A stretch of DNA of 64,000 bases from the human T2T-CHM13v2.0 reference genome, Homo sapiens: assembly GCF_009914755.1 (NCBI RefSeq), contig NC_060929.1; one strand, given 5' to 3'. Below are positions 24,397-38,180 of this stretch, piece after piece. The translations under genes were made by a program, and so were the position numbers. Each line of letters starts with the position of its first letter. The stretch's first letter is position 1. The notes beneath the pieces were generated by a model. It did no database searches. It saw nothing but the letters and a program-made list of their open reading frames with translations, and was not told where the DNA came from.

Positions 24397-27254
24397 TAGC
24401 ATTAGAATTAAAGAGCCAAACTACTACACCTGATATTTTCAGGACTGTCTTCCAATATTTTTCCAATAAAAACTAGAGACATAGGTACATATTTGTGTAT
24501 GTGTATATGTAATTTATAAAACACTCGGATTCAGTAAGAAATTGTGATACTTGGTAAAAACAATTGATCTAAACAATTTAGAGAGTAAATAAAGAGGAAT
24601 TATAAGAATTCTGATAATGTAAATTCAGGGCACAAAATAATTAAAACTTGCTTGAATTAACTCAGGGATGCTATAGCTATAAGAATTTTCTTATAATCAC
24701 TTTAAAATTCATTAAGAGTGAGTGAGCTTTTCTGTATTTTTCCATATGCTTCCATATCCTCTTTTTCCATCAAATGCAGTATGCACTTTGGTTCCTTGTG
24801 AGTGAGGACAATTTGAAGTTTCTAATGTTGACTCCAAAGGCATGAAGTCACACTCACCGAGCTGCATCTAAGTACCTAACTGGGAAAATGTTTTGTGTGG
24901 CATCAAGTACCTCATATTAGATCACAGTTTACTCTGTATGACAGCAGCATGGGAAGTGGGTTAAATGCATTAAGAAAATAATTTCAAAGCCCAGGAGAGC
25001 TTTTGGGAAGTTTTACTATGAATCTTTAAACCAGAAGCAATGACTACAGTGAGGGGACAGTAGGAATTTCATGGGATTCAAAAAGAGGCAGGGAAATAAT
25101 TGAGGCACACCCTGCCCCTAACCTCCTAACCTCTGGAGTCTGGGCTGGCTAGAATTCAGCCCCGGGACCAGCAGCACTTCAGCAATTTAGCACCAAAAGG
25201 AAGCTTTGGTCCACTCTCCTGTCCTCCAGGGGTATATGTCTCAGAATATCCCTCCAATCTTCACTACCCTTGTCACAACCCAGGCCCAGGGATACCTTCT
25301 GATGAAGATGACAAGCAGCCCCTGCCCCAGCCCCAGAATAAATGAAAGACAGCAAGATTGTACTTTAGCAAAGGTGGGGCAAGACATGGAGGTGATGCTG
25401 CTGCTTCAAAATCGATTGTTGTGTACATCCTCGGGGAGCAAAGGGGAGAAATTCTGCACTTAATTTTCCGGAGAAACAAAGCATCACAGAGGATTCTGAG
25501 CCCAGACCTTCTCCTTCTCTGCTGCACTGCTCCTTCTCTAAGGTGAACAGTTTCATTTCCTGCCTGAGCTTTCTACAATGAAGTCCAATAACTCAGCTCT
25601 CTGCTGTCCTGACAGTTTAGTTAAACCTACAGAGGAAAATGTTACAAATACAATCCCAGGCAAGAGGGGAGTTGCCCATAGGCTCAAATTAACTACCAGT
25701 CCCCAAATAGCTAACCCTCACTTATCACACAGAAAGAATTCTGAAGCAAAACCAAATCCATAAGCAAAATTCATCACGCCAGGAAAGAGGAGAGGGGAAA
25801 ATAAACACCTCAAGTCCACAACTACTGTTTCCAACTCTCCCTCCTCACTCTGCGTCCTGACAGAGACTATGTTCGCAGCCATCCCTCTGCCTGAAGAGGT
25901 AAATCTGTTTTTAATGCAAAACTCCTTTTCTCTCTCTCTTTTTTGTCCTTGAGACCAGCACTGAGCTCACCGAGGAAGCACGGCCTAAGGGTTTACACCT
26001 GTGACCCAAACTTTCCATTCTGTGTGAGGCTTTTTTTTTTTTTTAAGAAAAACAATTCAAGGGAAGTTTCCGAACCACTGCTTTTCCTTAGGCCAATGGT
26101 TACCAACAGCGACAGCAAAGCTTTTCATTTTCAAGTGTGACCCAATTTATGACTTACATTACACCAGATTTCACCTTCACTTCTTTCCAAGGCCCTGCGA
26201 AGGCCGTCTTTTCTTGCATACTGGAAAGAGTGAACATCAACATTTTAAGCCTCTAAAGATAATGGGTGACGGTTACCTAACATGACAACCCAAAGTCATT
26301 TCTCCCTGTTTCCTAGATCTTGTTCTGTCACAACTTATGTAGAACATTAGAAGAGTTAATATGGACAGGTGAGTCCTAAAAATGAGTCTTGGACAGCTCA
26401 TAACATGGCAGAACACCAAGGTTTCACCGCTTTACTCCAAAGACGCCACGTAAATGTGGCTTTGCCTCTTAAAGCATGAGCCAATATGACAGCAAAGCTG
26501 ACATGGTGATCATGGAGTGATGACAGTTAGCTTCTGAGAACTTAAGTCCAACATAATTGAAAATCAAATAAATAGGTAGTTAAATAACTATCAGAGGTTT
26601 TATTCTCATGCAAATCCATCACAGCAGCGTAAGAAATGTAGGGATACAATCATGGTGACAGTCTTTGTTCAATCTCTGGCTAGTCCAGATTGCTTGCAGA
26701 GATGTTCCCTCATTTTAAATGTACTGCCATGGTGTCTTAGTATATCACGAGGGGAGAAAAAGGCCCCTCACAAAGATACACACACAATCCAAGCAGGATA
26801 GAGCCTGAGATCCTCACTGAAAAACAAAGAAAAAGGGAATGAACTCAGGTTCACGGCTACTGGTACCAGACATGTGCGGTGTGCTCTGCAACCACCTGCC
26901 TTGCCCACTACACCCAGCCACACTGTGAAATCAAGACCGGGTATCTCATTTTCAGCTCTCACTCATAGGAGAAAGTCGGGAGCAGGAGGAGGCAGACTAA
27001 CTTACATCAAGTCACCTTGCTCCTAAGCACACAGCTAGGACCCAACCGCAGGTGCTTGTGACTCCAAAGCACTTTTCATCACACCTTGATTCCAAAGACG
27101 GTGCTCGAGTTATTTAGAGATGCAGCCCTTTGCTAAAAGAGTCTGCCACTGCACTGCCAAAGCTTCTTTCATGATACCAAAGTTCCACTGTGGATTTAGA
27201 GACAATAGACGGCTCATAAGTCGTGTTAAGCCATGATGTGTCAAAGGTGCAGGT

Positions 27255-27271
27255 ATTAAATGCTGAGTCAT
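27255..27271. promoter_or_regulatory. CNC-sMaf element (ARE/NF-E2 site; NRF2/BACH/NF-E2)
   Basis: Perfect TGCTGAGTCAT at 27261-27271 with an A/T-rich 5' flank (ATTAAA). Motif match only; occupancy unknown. Confidence 0.5.
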
Positions 27272-27539
27272 TGCTATGCTTTGCAGAGATAATACTTCAT
27301 CCTCCCTGCCCAGTCAGCTAGGCTTGGAGAAAGATAGCTCAAGCAGAGCCGGGCACCAGAGCGGAAATGCTGGGAAAGGTTTCTCTCTCCCAGACTCCCT
27401 TCTCCACTCCCACACCTCAGCAAGTCTCAGTGTCTGCCTGTTTTAATGATTCATGCACAGGAGAACAAGGCTGATGTCACGGGGCCAAATCTGGGTGAAT
27501 GGAATGCTACCCTTCCCAGCTGTGCGGCATGAGGAATGT

Positions 27540-27549
27540 TCTCGCGAGA
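27540..27549. promoter_or_regulatory. TCTCGCGAGA palindrome (CGCG element; BANP motif)
   Basis: Exact 10-bp palindrome read from the sequence; function unverified. Confidence 0.4.
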
Positions 27550-28162
27550 TCGACTTAGAGAAATTTGCTTTGAGACACTTGCCTTTCTCACTTTCTGTCA
27601 CAGTTAATGAAGTCAGATCTCCTGTTTGTACACCACTCACTCGGTGTCTACAAGAGGAGATAAGGCAAGCTCACAAATCCCTAGTCTGTAAGTTAGTGTG
27701 GTGAGTCTGGTAGGTGAGATGCACAAAGGCTTGAGCGTTTGGGGTGGGCCATCAGGAAAGGGCTCCAGAAGCATTGGCATTTGACTCCAATGTTGTGGGA
27801 AGTGTGATAGCTGGAGCTGGGGCAAATGGAAGGCGCTATACTAGGCTAAGAGAAATACCGAAGAAGAGATAACAATCCTAAATTAATTGGGAAGAGCGTT
27901 AGGTTTGTCTTAAGTATTTCTTTTATTCTTCCACAGCTCAGATTTCAAGCCTATCTTCATTGATGGAGCCTTAGTCTCAATAATAAGGAAAACCAATCTT
28001 TAGAAGATTACTAAGAGGTTACACAGTAATTTACATTTAAATAGGTAATTACTGAACAAAATCGAAATAAAAATCTAAAGGAATGATTGTAATGGTGGAA
28101 TTTTAGACAACATGCCAAGTGGAGGGGCCATCTCAGCATCTATCAAATCTCATCACTTAGGG

Positions 28163-28606
28163 CAGTACTTTCAAAGTGAATACCTAGACCTTTAGCAGTG
28201 TGAGGAGAACTACAGGTGATATGTGGATATGGCATTAACAAACAATGAATGATGTAATGAGAAAAGTAACTCTATGAATCTTCTCTCAAGCAGTCAAGAA
28301 AAAAAAAGTCTCACTATAGTGCTAATAGGTCTTTAACACCTCTCTAGCACTGGCTAATCTCTCCTTTCAATAGAGAGAAAGAGCAGGCTTCTGGATCTGA
28401 GGCTTGTTGGCTTATGACAATAATATGTACATTCATAGCAAAGGGACATTTGGAAAAAGGCTATAAAGTTTCCATGAAAAAAATTAGGTAAAAAAAATAG
28501 TGTCTATTTGAAAGAAAAATATTAAGCAAATTCTGACATAGGTGATATGCGCACATGGCAAAAGTTGTGAAGGTGGCACGTGGATAACCAAAGTGTGAGA
28601 AATCCG
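28163..28606 (-). mobile_element. MER113-like hAT-Charlie element
   Basis: GTGCTAATAGGTCTTTAACACCTCTCTAGCACTGGCTAATCTC...AAAGAAAAATATTAAG...ATGGCAAAAGTTGTGAAGGTGG matches the recalled MER113 consensus (reverse complement); CAGT-like terminus. Confidence 0.7.
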
Positions 28607-29999
28607 GTCTCACAGCCTGTTCATCAGGCAGCTTTACCTTTGGGCTTTATTGACCTAGAAGTAAAATATAAGAGTCAGAGTCAGCAGGAAAAGCCAGCTC
28701 TGAGTGCTAATGGCAGCGGACCCAGAGGCAGGGCATGGAAATGTTACCACGCTGTCTTTCCCAGGCAGAAGCAGGAAAGAGACCAGTGACCCACTGTCCA
28801 AGGTCCTTTCCTTTGCACAGCAAATCAAAAATCATCAGAAAGAGGTAACAAACATAGGCTACATACATGTGGACATCAAAATCAGGCTTAGGGTTTTTCA
28901 TGGGAAATTCATAATCATATTATAGCTATAAGAATGAAACATTTACAGCCAAACTTTCAATTATGACATAGCATTTTGTTCTATTTTCATGATCACACTT
29001 CGTTTAATGCTCAATATCACTGACATCTTGGTAGAACGGATAGCATACAAGCCATATACCATTCTTTTTAAAAGCAGAGTTATGCAAAATGTGCTTTAAA
29101 ACATGTTGTGAAGAAATGCAAAATCACAGTTTTTAAAATGGGAAGAAATCTTGACTGCCCTTTGTTTTGTCAGAAGGAAAGTTTATCACCCAATAAAAAA
29201 GAAATTATACTTGTAGCTTTAAATAGGCAAGAATCACATTGTCAAAATGCACATATTTTCTTGGAAATAGTCACCCTTAGGCAGGAAAAACAAAATTGCT
29301 TTTAATGACAGAAATTTTTAGATTGTGCTTGGAAGGGAAGGGTGTTTATAAGAAATAAAGCTAATGAGTCAGAGAGCAAAATAAAATGAATGGTGCAGTT
29401 CCTCACTTGACAGTGCATAACTTGATAAGAAATCAAGCTCTGCTAGCAGCAATCATTGAAACGTCCATTCTGAACTGAATGGTGCCAGGTGACTGTCCTT
29501 AGAAGGAGGCACTCCTAGCCTGGAGGTGCTTTTGAAATCTTCCAGGACTAAAGAATCACACCCTTAGAAATTAAGGAATGTGTTCCTGGGTGTGCAAGAG
29601 TTAAAACCTCACCAATGTTGGCACTCTACCAGCTTTCACAGTTCTTTTGGTTGAAAGCTTACATTAAAACTCATGAAATTAAACTCATTAATTAATTCTT
29701 TGTGTTTTCTTAACAAGGACCCATCAGCTACATGTGATGTAGAAATAAACAATTGAAAAGGAAAAAAAAAATAGGCCATACAGGTTATTTGGCATCATGT
29801 AAGCATTAAGGAAATACAGCTGCTTCACTAAATGACATTTTTTAAAAAGAACAAGTCTGAAATGTTGTTGTCAAACCAGTTTATGTGTTGATAGGAGCAC
29901 AGAATTTAATTACTTATGGGTGATGGAGGAGAATATAGATTCTAGCACACCTGGTAAAATTTAAACCACATTCTGCCACAACCACCAATGAATGTTTAG

Positions 30000-30191
30000 C
30001 AGGACCAACTAAGTGCTTAGCATTTTGAATTTGCAGGATCCAGTGCAAAATAAAAATGTGGGGCCCCTTGTTAAAACATTATTAAGAATTTCAAGATGGT
30101 AGCAGCACAACATTCAACCAAACACCAGGCCCTTTTGAACACTGGGTCCCATGTGACTACCCCAGCCCAGCATCCATGAAGCTGTTCCCTG
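30000..30191 (-). mobile_element. MER45A (hAT-Tip100)
   Basis: CAGGACC...CAGTGCAAAATAAAAATGTGGGGCCCCTTGTT...ATTAAGAATTTCAAGATGG...CCATGAAGCTGTTCCCTG. Confidence 0.8.
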
Positions 30192-31755
30192 CGCTCCTCA
30201 ACTGCAGTTACACTTTCAGGCCCCTAAGAAAGTACCAAACCAGTGGTACAGACTTGCCCATCCTACATTCATAAGAAAATAGATCCTCAAATGCCCTAAA
30301 CAATATTCCCCTTAATAGATTCAAAGATTGATCTAATTTTGGTATTTCCTCTTTCTTTTATTTTTTTTTGCAAGCCTGAATAAAGACTTCTCAAAATATT
30401 TCAGTTTCCTGCTGCGGAGCTAAGCCAAGGAATGGCTTGGTTGTTAACAACAGGCAGTTCAGTATATTGTAAAGGAAGAAGTTAACAATCATCTGAAAGT
30501 CAAGGCCTGTAGCCCACCACCTTCTGACTGACCTTGCCACAGTGGTGTCTTTCTTTTCTTGTTAATGTGTCTTTCAACACTCAAACAGGATGTCAACTAT
30601 GAGAGAAGTTACTGCCCCCCCTTTATTTTTTTTTTTTACCACGCACCCAAGAGCTGTTTCCACATCACAAGAATCCCTGTTACTTTCCAGTGAATGACTG
30701 TGCATTGTGGCTTAATCTCAAAAGGAAGTAGACGTATAATACCTTAAAAGAAAACAAACATGCACACACAAATACCAGAAAGAGAAGTCATCCCACAAAT
30801 TCCACCTCTGAATTCTAGCATCATTTCTTGTTTCTCCATTTGGAAGCTTCAAATTATTCTCTTTAACAACTCTTTCTAGCAATGAAATATGAAGAGGTGA
30901 TGATTTCCTCCAAATTAGGAGGACATTAACAATTAAGTGTTAATGCGAACACCGTTAACAGTAATGCAATTATAACTGTATTCCACAAAGGGCAATAGGA
31001 AATAATTACTCTGATTCTCAAGTGATAGATAGTTCCAGGAGAATGAGATTCTCAGTCTAAAATTCATTAGGAGGGGCTCTGAAACTCACATACACACCTA
31101 CAGCTGGAGAGCCGCTCCTTTGCTGTAATAACCCTGTAAGTGCCAAATCTGGCATTCTCTTGCCATCTGCTTTTAGTCCCAAAAAATGGCAACAGTGAGG
31201 GTCCTGGGAACACTAACTTGCTGCTTCTGGGGCTACCATACAGCACTCAGATCCTGATAGGGCTTATCTGAATAGCCAGAGATGCTATTTTAAGCCTCCA
31301 AGCTGGACCCAAAGCAAATGACACCCAATTGTTATTATACGGCTTCTGAGGATGATGAAGTATATCCAAGGAAATGACTAATCTCCAATTATCATATGCA
31401 TGGCAGCATTGAGACTTGACCAGAGAGAATGGTATAATAGCAGTGAAACCATTAATGTCTGTGTCAGTCTTATTTGATTAAAATTGGAGGACTAAACAGA
31501 GAAGCTGATAGAATCAGTCAGTTGCTGAAGTTTTCTCCTAATGATGCATAGATGGGAATTTTAAAATGTGCCTCTAAATTCTATATCAATTCTCAATTTC
31601 GGCACTCCTTCAACAATTCATAAATTCTTCTCCCCTTTAATATTTTAAAGATTAACATTGCTGATAATGGATAAACTAAACTTTTTGAAATTTCACTTCT
31701 CTATTCTGTACTTTGTGGTGGACATGTCCACAAGAATGATGAAATGAAATCAGGA

Positions 31756-31855
31756 CAAGGCGGAGGCAGGAGAATCACTTGAGCCCAGGAGTTCGAGACC
31801 AGCCTAGGCAAAATAGCAAGACCTTATCTCTAAAAAAAATTAAAAATAAAAATAC
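31756..31855 (+). mobile_element. FLAM/Alu monomer, 5'-truncated
   Basis: GAATCACTTGAGCCCAGGAGTTCGAGACCAGCCTAGGCAAAATAGCAAGACC plus an A tail; TSD GAAATCAGGA at 31746-31755 and 31858-31867. Confidence 0.88.
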
Positions 31856-31904
31856 ACGAAATCAGGAGTAAGATGTCTTTTTTATCTCTTTTCTTCAAGA
31901 AAAA

Positions 31905-32550
31905 CCCATCTACTAAGTTCTGATGATTTCTTTCTTGATATCCTTCTCAGATCTCTCAGAACCCATTTTAATACCGCAGGCTCATGCAATACTATTGTCA
32001 CTCATGCAATTAGTATAATTACCTTCTAGCTGGTCTCACTTGTCTCCTTATCGCCTCCCAATTCATCAGGCTTTCCCAGGTTAGGAACCCCAGTGACTCC
32101 CTATTCTGTAAAATCAATTCTAATTTGTGCTTGGTCCTTCGCACTCCCCATATTTTGGTAGCATGGAACCTATCCAGCCTCAATTCCCAGGACTCTTCTG
32201 TAACCTGGTCTTCTCACCTGCTGTGCAAACTCCTACCTTCAGGCCTCTGTTGATTCCCCCTTTTTGCCTCCAATTCCCTCACTCCTCCACTGGGCTTTCT
32301 TCAGTGGTTAAGTTCTGTTAAGCTTTCATTACCTTCATAGCCCACCAAGATCTCTTCCCTTTCTGAGACTGCACAGGACTGAGGATATTATTACACTTAA
32401 TGTGTGCAGTTACAGAGATTATTTTTTCTAAATCTGAGACATGGTCCCAGTAACATTTTATATTCCTTGGCATTGATAAGGATCATGTCACTATCTTGTC
32501 TTTATCCTTCATTTTGGGGCACATGGTCTACAAATTCATGCTAGTCAGTT
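31905..32550 (+). mobile_element. L2 fragment (highly diverged)
   Basis: Pyrimidine-rich L2-like run (ACCTTCTAGCTGGTCTC, CCCCAGTGACTCCCTATT, AAGATCTCTTCCCT). Confidence 0.5.
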
Positions 32551-34624
32551 GATGATAGAAACATTAATCCTCCAACTGAATAATGTAGCCTGGATAACCG
32601 ATAATGAACTACTTCTACTAATAGGTGAATCCACTTGTAAATTATGGGTAGGGCAAGGCCATGTTGCTTAGTGATGGCTGGACCATGGATTGTGATTATT
32701 TACAACAGCTGAAAAGATGTATTTGGTGATCCATCCACATGTGAATGGTAACTAATGAAAAAAGAATTTAAACATCAAAGAATACAGTATTCTCCTTCAT
32801 AGCTTGGTGTTGTAGCTATAGGGGATAATAAAGACAGTGATATTACATATGTAGTAGTTCTTACATGTAGTTGAAGATTTATCTATTGTTTCTTTTAACA
32901 TTTAATAAGTTATATCCATGTCCATACGTTTTAGAAATAACTGCTATATTGTTTCAAAGAGTGCAAATAGCCTTAAGTCTGCAGTGATATACACAAGTTC
33001 TGAAAAGCTATAGATATTCACAGAAAACACATGCACAAAGCCATACACACAAAATATAAAGTTTGATTGAATAATTTATTATTCCAGAAAAACAAGAGTA
33101 AATGTGGATATTAAAGGAAATAAAGACAAATCCATTCTCTACAATGCTTGGGGGCTAATTTAACCTACAGTAATTAGACATCTAGCAGATCTCACAACTA
33201 GTCAAACCAGTACTTCCAAACACTTGTTTTATTACATGTTTTGTCACTAGGTTACGATGGCGTCATCAAATATTTTTATCGTAAGCGTCTATACTTGCAG
33301 TGACTCAAGACCGTGTTTCTCTCAGCTACTGCAAATAATAATGTTAATAGTATTAGTGATGATAAAAATTGTAACACTTTGGATGTTAAAAACACTAGAA
33401 GTTGTTAGTAAAGGTCTCTGGAGATTTCTACTCAGAATTTAAATGAGAACTTGAGATAATTCTTACACTCCTGGCTGCAAATTAGCAACCATCACTCCAC
33501 AGCTTTCATATTAAAACTATGGGTACTTGAAGACTTTAGTCATTAATAAACTTTGCCCAAAGGACATTAGCAAAAGGCATGCTTCAGGTGATGGGATAGT
33601 GCCTCCCAGGACAGTGGGACTTGTCAGACTGTGCAACAGGATCCCATGGACCTGTCTCAATCAAGTTAATTAGAGACATCTGCAGCACAGAGATCAAGCC
33701 AAGCCAGCTCTGGCAGCTTATTTGCACCAAAAAGGTACAACTCATGTGGGAGGTAAGAGAGCTAGAATGACAAACAGATAGAGATCAGTAACGTGAGCTG
33801 GCTCAGTCATCTGAGTGTACTCACTGTTGAAATAAAGCTGGTAGGACCAAGGGATGCAAATGTCGAGCTGATGAAAAGGCTGAAGGATATTTGAACAAAC
33901 CTTTGATATTCTTAGCCCCTGCAGGCATCTCAACACTGTAAATGGAGCCCCCAGTCTCCCTCCCCCCAGCACCTGCTTGAACTCTTCATTCACCTATACC
34001 TTACCTCCTGGGGTTGCTCTCACTCATTCCAGGGACCCCAGCCACCGTTTTTCTGCAAACAACTCTGCCCTCTTCCAAGATGTTGTTACTGATGGAGATC
34101 TGATGTTGGAAGTTGTAGCCTTTGTACTGCTGACATTGGTTGAAACTTTGCCTCTGAAACTTACACTCTATTCGACCCAAATCTTGACTCTAAAAAGCCA
34201 CATCATTCCCCATTGCTTCCAGGTCTGATTTTTTTTTTTTTTTTTTCAGTCTGAGTCTACTCATCTTAGTGGAGTTTGGGTCTTTAAATATTTCTTTTAT
34301 TCATTCTCCTTGTTGATATCATTCTTGAATTCCCTAAACATGATAGCAGCCAGCTTCTAATGAATTCCACTTATTCTACTTTTCATATACACACCAAGAA
34401 GAGCCAGGTGTCTGCTCACTGGGGAGGCAAATAGAACTATGCCCAAAGTCAGAATGTGACTACAACAGATTTAATTCTCAAAGCAGAAGGAATCTGAAAA
34501 TACAGGTAGCCTAACACTCTACAATTTGGTGTGGAACAGATGCCAAACCATGACACATTCTTCCAGCTCTAGAACGTGTTATGATCCGATATTCTAATTC
34601 ATTAACAATCGGATTTTCACTTGA

Positions 34625-34924
<300 letters not shown>

Positions 34925-37010
34925 TCATTTGACTTTAACATCCACATAGCAAATACATGACTATCATGCTTTTGACACAGATCTCCATAAAAGACAGATT
35001 GTAAACTGATGGCCTGTGAATCAATTTCGGCCCTGTACACTTGAGTTTAGCCAGTACAATGTTTCAGAGTCATCTGAACCAATATTTAGAAACCCAGAGA
35101 TTTCAAATAAAGTACATGTTTCTACCTTCTCTTGAAAACTTGGATGATCAGACGCCACTGGCTCCACATTCTTCTTACACAGAAATATTCTGCTGGAGTG
35201 GATGACACCCAGTTTGTACACCAGGTCTGATTTTCTCACTTAGGTACCTGCCGGCTGCATTAGCCATGAAAGTTTGCATCCCTTGCCAAAGCACCCACGC
35301 CTTTGTCACTTTTCAGTATACCAAGTAATCAATAATATTTTACAGATTGTTTTCCATTTTAAGAAATGGTCATCAGCACTGAACAGCCACAATGGAGTTT
35401 TCAAGGATTTCAAACAGTCTGAGTTCAAATCTAGTATGTAAAAATTTCCCAGAGGATCAGAAACCCTTGTTGAGTTTTCCTCCAGGCATGACTAATACAA
35501 TACAGGGAGGTGCTGTCATGCAACCATGCATCTTTGCATTACGAACGAGGAATGGTTTAATTGCAATTCACCCACCTATAGCATCCTGGGATGGCTTTAT
35601 CCTGTTGAAGGGCGTATCTTTAGGCCACTAACTTTGTTAAAATATGTCAGGCCTGTTGGTATCAAATATTGGCTAACACAGGAAACACCACCTCAATCTT
35701 GTTAAATATTTTTAGCAAGAGGCCACCATGTTCCAGAATGATGCTGGCTGACCTGCCAGAGGCAAGAAGAAGCCCCGAAGATCTAAGACAACATAAATGA
35801 ATGACTAATTAAGGGCCATTCTAAGGGAAAGGACAATTATGTTGACTCATAACTGTCTAGGTTCCTACCATTCAAGGCCTATACAATTTACATAAAAATC
35901 ATTGTCATTAGAAAAGTTTCTGTCCCACTGTTAAGACAGTGTTTGTGCAATGTGAGGTTACTTCCTGCTTCCACAATATGACTGTGCTTTACTAAACAAA
36001 CTTCTGAGCTAAGATGTTTACTTGACTGGGAAATGACTACTAATAAGCTGTTAAAGGATGTATCCTCAAGTTACTACTTGTGGCATTTGTAACACGCTCC
36101 CTGTTGAACAAAGGTGTCACAGTAGCACAGTGAATAAACAATCCTTTTTTCTCCCTGTAAGTTATACGATATTAAATGTTAATAATTAATTTGTCTTTGT
36201 GGATTAACATACAAGAGCTTTTCAAACAGGTACTGGTGCAACCCCACCCTTGTGAGATGGCTAATCATTTCACATACTTCACACTTACCCAGCTATCAGT
36301 ATCACTGACCTCAGCTAGCAAAGTGTGAAACGGCAGATGGTTTGTAGTGTTCAGTAATGTCCTATGAAAATGTAGCACAGAAAACTGCAAAAGGTTTTGG
36401 GAGAGAATGGTGGTTTATATGAACTTTTCAAGAAACTCAAGAGAAACAAAATGCCACCACTGTCCACGTCAAAGGATCTGGTGAGGATCCTGGGAGAAAA
36501 ATGTCAAGAGATTCTAAGGCTTTCAGTAGCACAATATTTTCAAAGTGCTTCAGAAGTTATTTCAATCTGCTGCATTGCTAAAGGGGAACAGAGCCTGAAA
36601 AGCCAGTATAATTTTGAAGGCTGTTCAAGGACTATGTCAGCAACATTCTTACCCTGCATAAGACTTATACATCTTAAGACAGAAGATTTGTCTAGGGTAT
36701 CCACAATCTGATTACATATTTCTCACGAGAACTACCCCAAAGTGCAAGCCCTTTGTGTTGTTCTACCTGAGATGACATGACTTCAGCCTCAAAATACCCA
36801 GGCTGAACTGTTTCTGGAGCAATGAGATGTTGTTAATGAATATCAACACTTCCCAGATCCTTTAAAAATGCTAATATCAAAATATTTTACAAGAGTGAAT
36901 TTCAAACTGTGTTCATGTTTTTCACAGCACGGCACCTGTTTGAAATGGTACAGTTTGAACATCTATAAAACATGAGATGGAAGATACCAAGGTGGCTTGA
37001 GAGTTTTTAA

Positions 37011-37343
<333 letters not shown>

Positions 37344-37694
37344 TAGAGTATATTATACTTAGAATGGAACTATGTAAACCTTTACACATCTGTATTTTCA
37401 AAACAAGAACCCAGAGCTGTTCAAGTGATAAACAAAATCATCAGGTGGCTTGTTTAGAGTTTCAAAACAGACCCTTCTATTCCTGCTGTTTCTCCCTCTG
37501 GTTTCATTAAATATAAAACAAATGAAAATGACCAGTTCAATAGGGATATCTGACAGAATTTGGGGAGAAACATTTCATTAGCTTTCTATGAAGTCCAATA
37601 CCTGTAATTTTATGTATCAGGACTCTCTGATTTGAAGTCCCTACAGAAATGCTTTATTCTTAGTCCATTTAGCTGCCCTTAAAATGTTTATTTT

Positions 37695-37696
<2 letters not shown>

Positions 37697-37727
<31 letters not shown>
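37697..37727 (+). repeat. (CT)n microsatellite
   Basis: Direct reading. Confidence 0.92.
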
Positions 37728-37949
37728 ACAGGAACATCCAAACTGTGTTGTCACAGTGTATAAAACAGAGGCATATTCCTTTCAGGTTATACTATACCCT
37801 GACTCCTTGATGAAATGATTTGATGTGGTTCACAAATCAGAATCAGACAGAATGAAATCATTACACCTTATATAGCTTAAAAACAAAAAAGCCAGACATA
37901 AAGTGGACAGGAAATCAGTCATAATGAAAAACTATTTCAAGTCACACAT

Positions 37950-38180
37950 TTGCTGATTTAGTGTCTATTTGCTGAGCATTTGTATCACTATGTGCTAGGT
38001 GCTGCTGGGTCTGTGACAATGAACAGGAAAGGCTGTGTGGCAACTCAACACGAAAGCCAGCTGAGCCTCCTAGTAACCAAAACAAAAAGAGAAACATCAC
38101 ACAGTTTCAAAAGGGAGGTTACTGGCTTATCAAGAGAGAAAAAAAATGTCTTGGTAAGAAGCTACGGAGAAACATAAGGA
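37950..38180 (-). mobile_element. L2 fragment
   Basis: TATTTGCTGAGCATTTGTATCACTATGTGCTAGGTGCTG...AATGAACAGGA. Confidence 0.6.
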
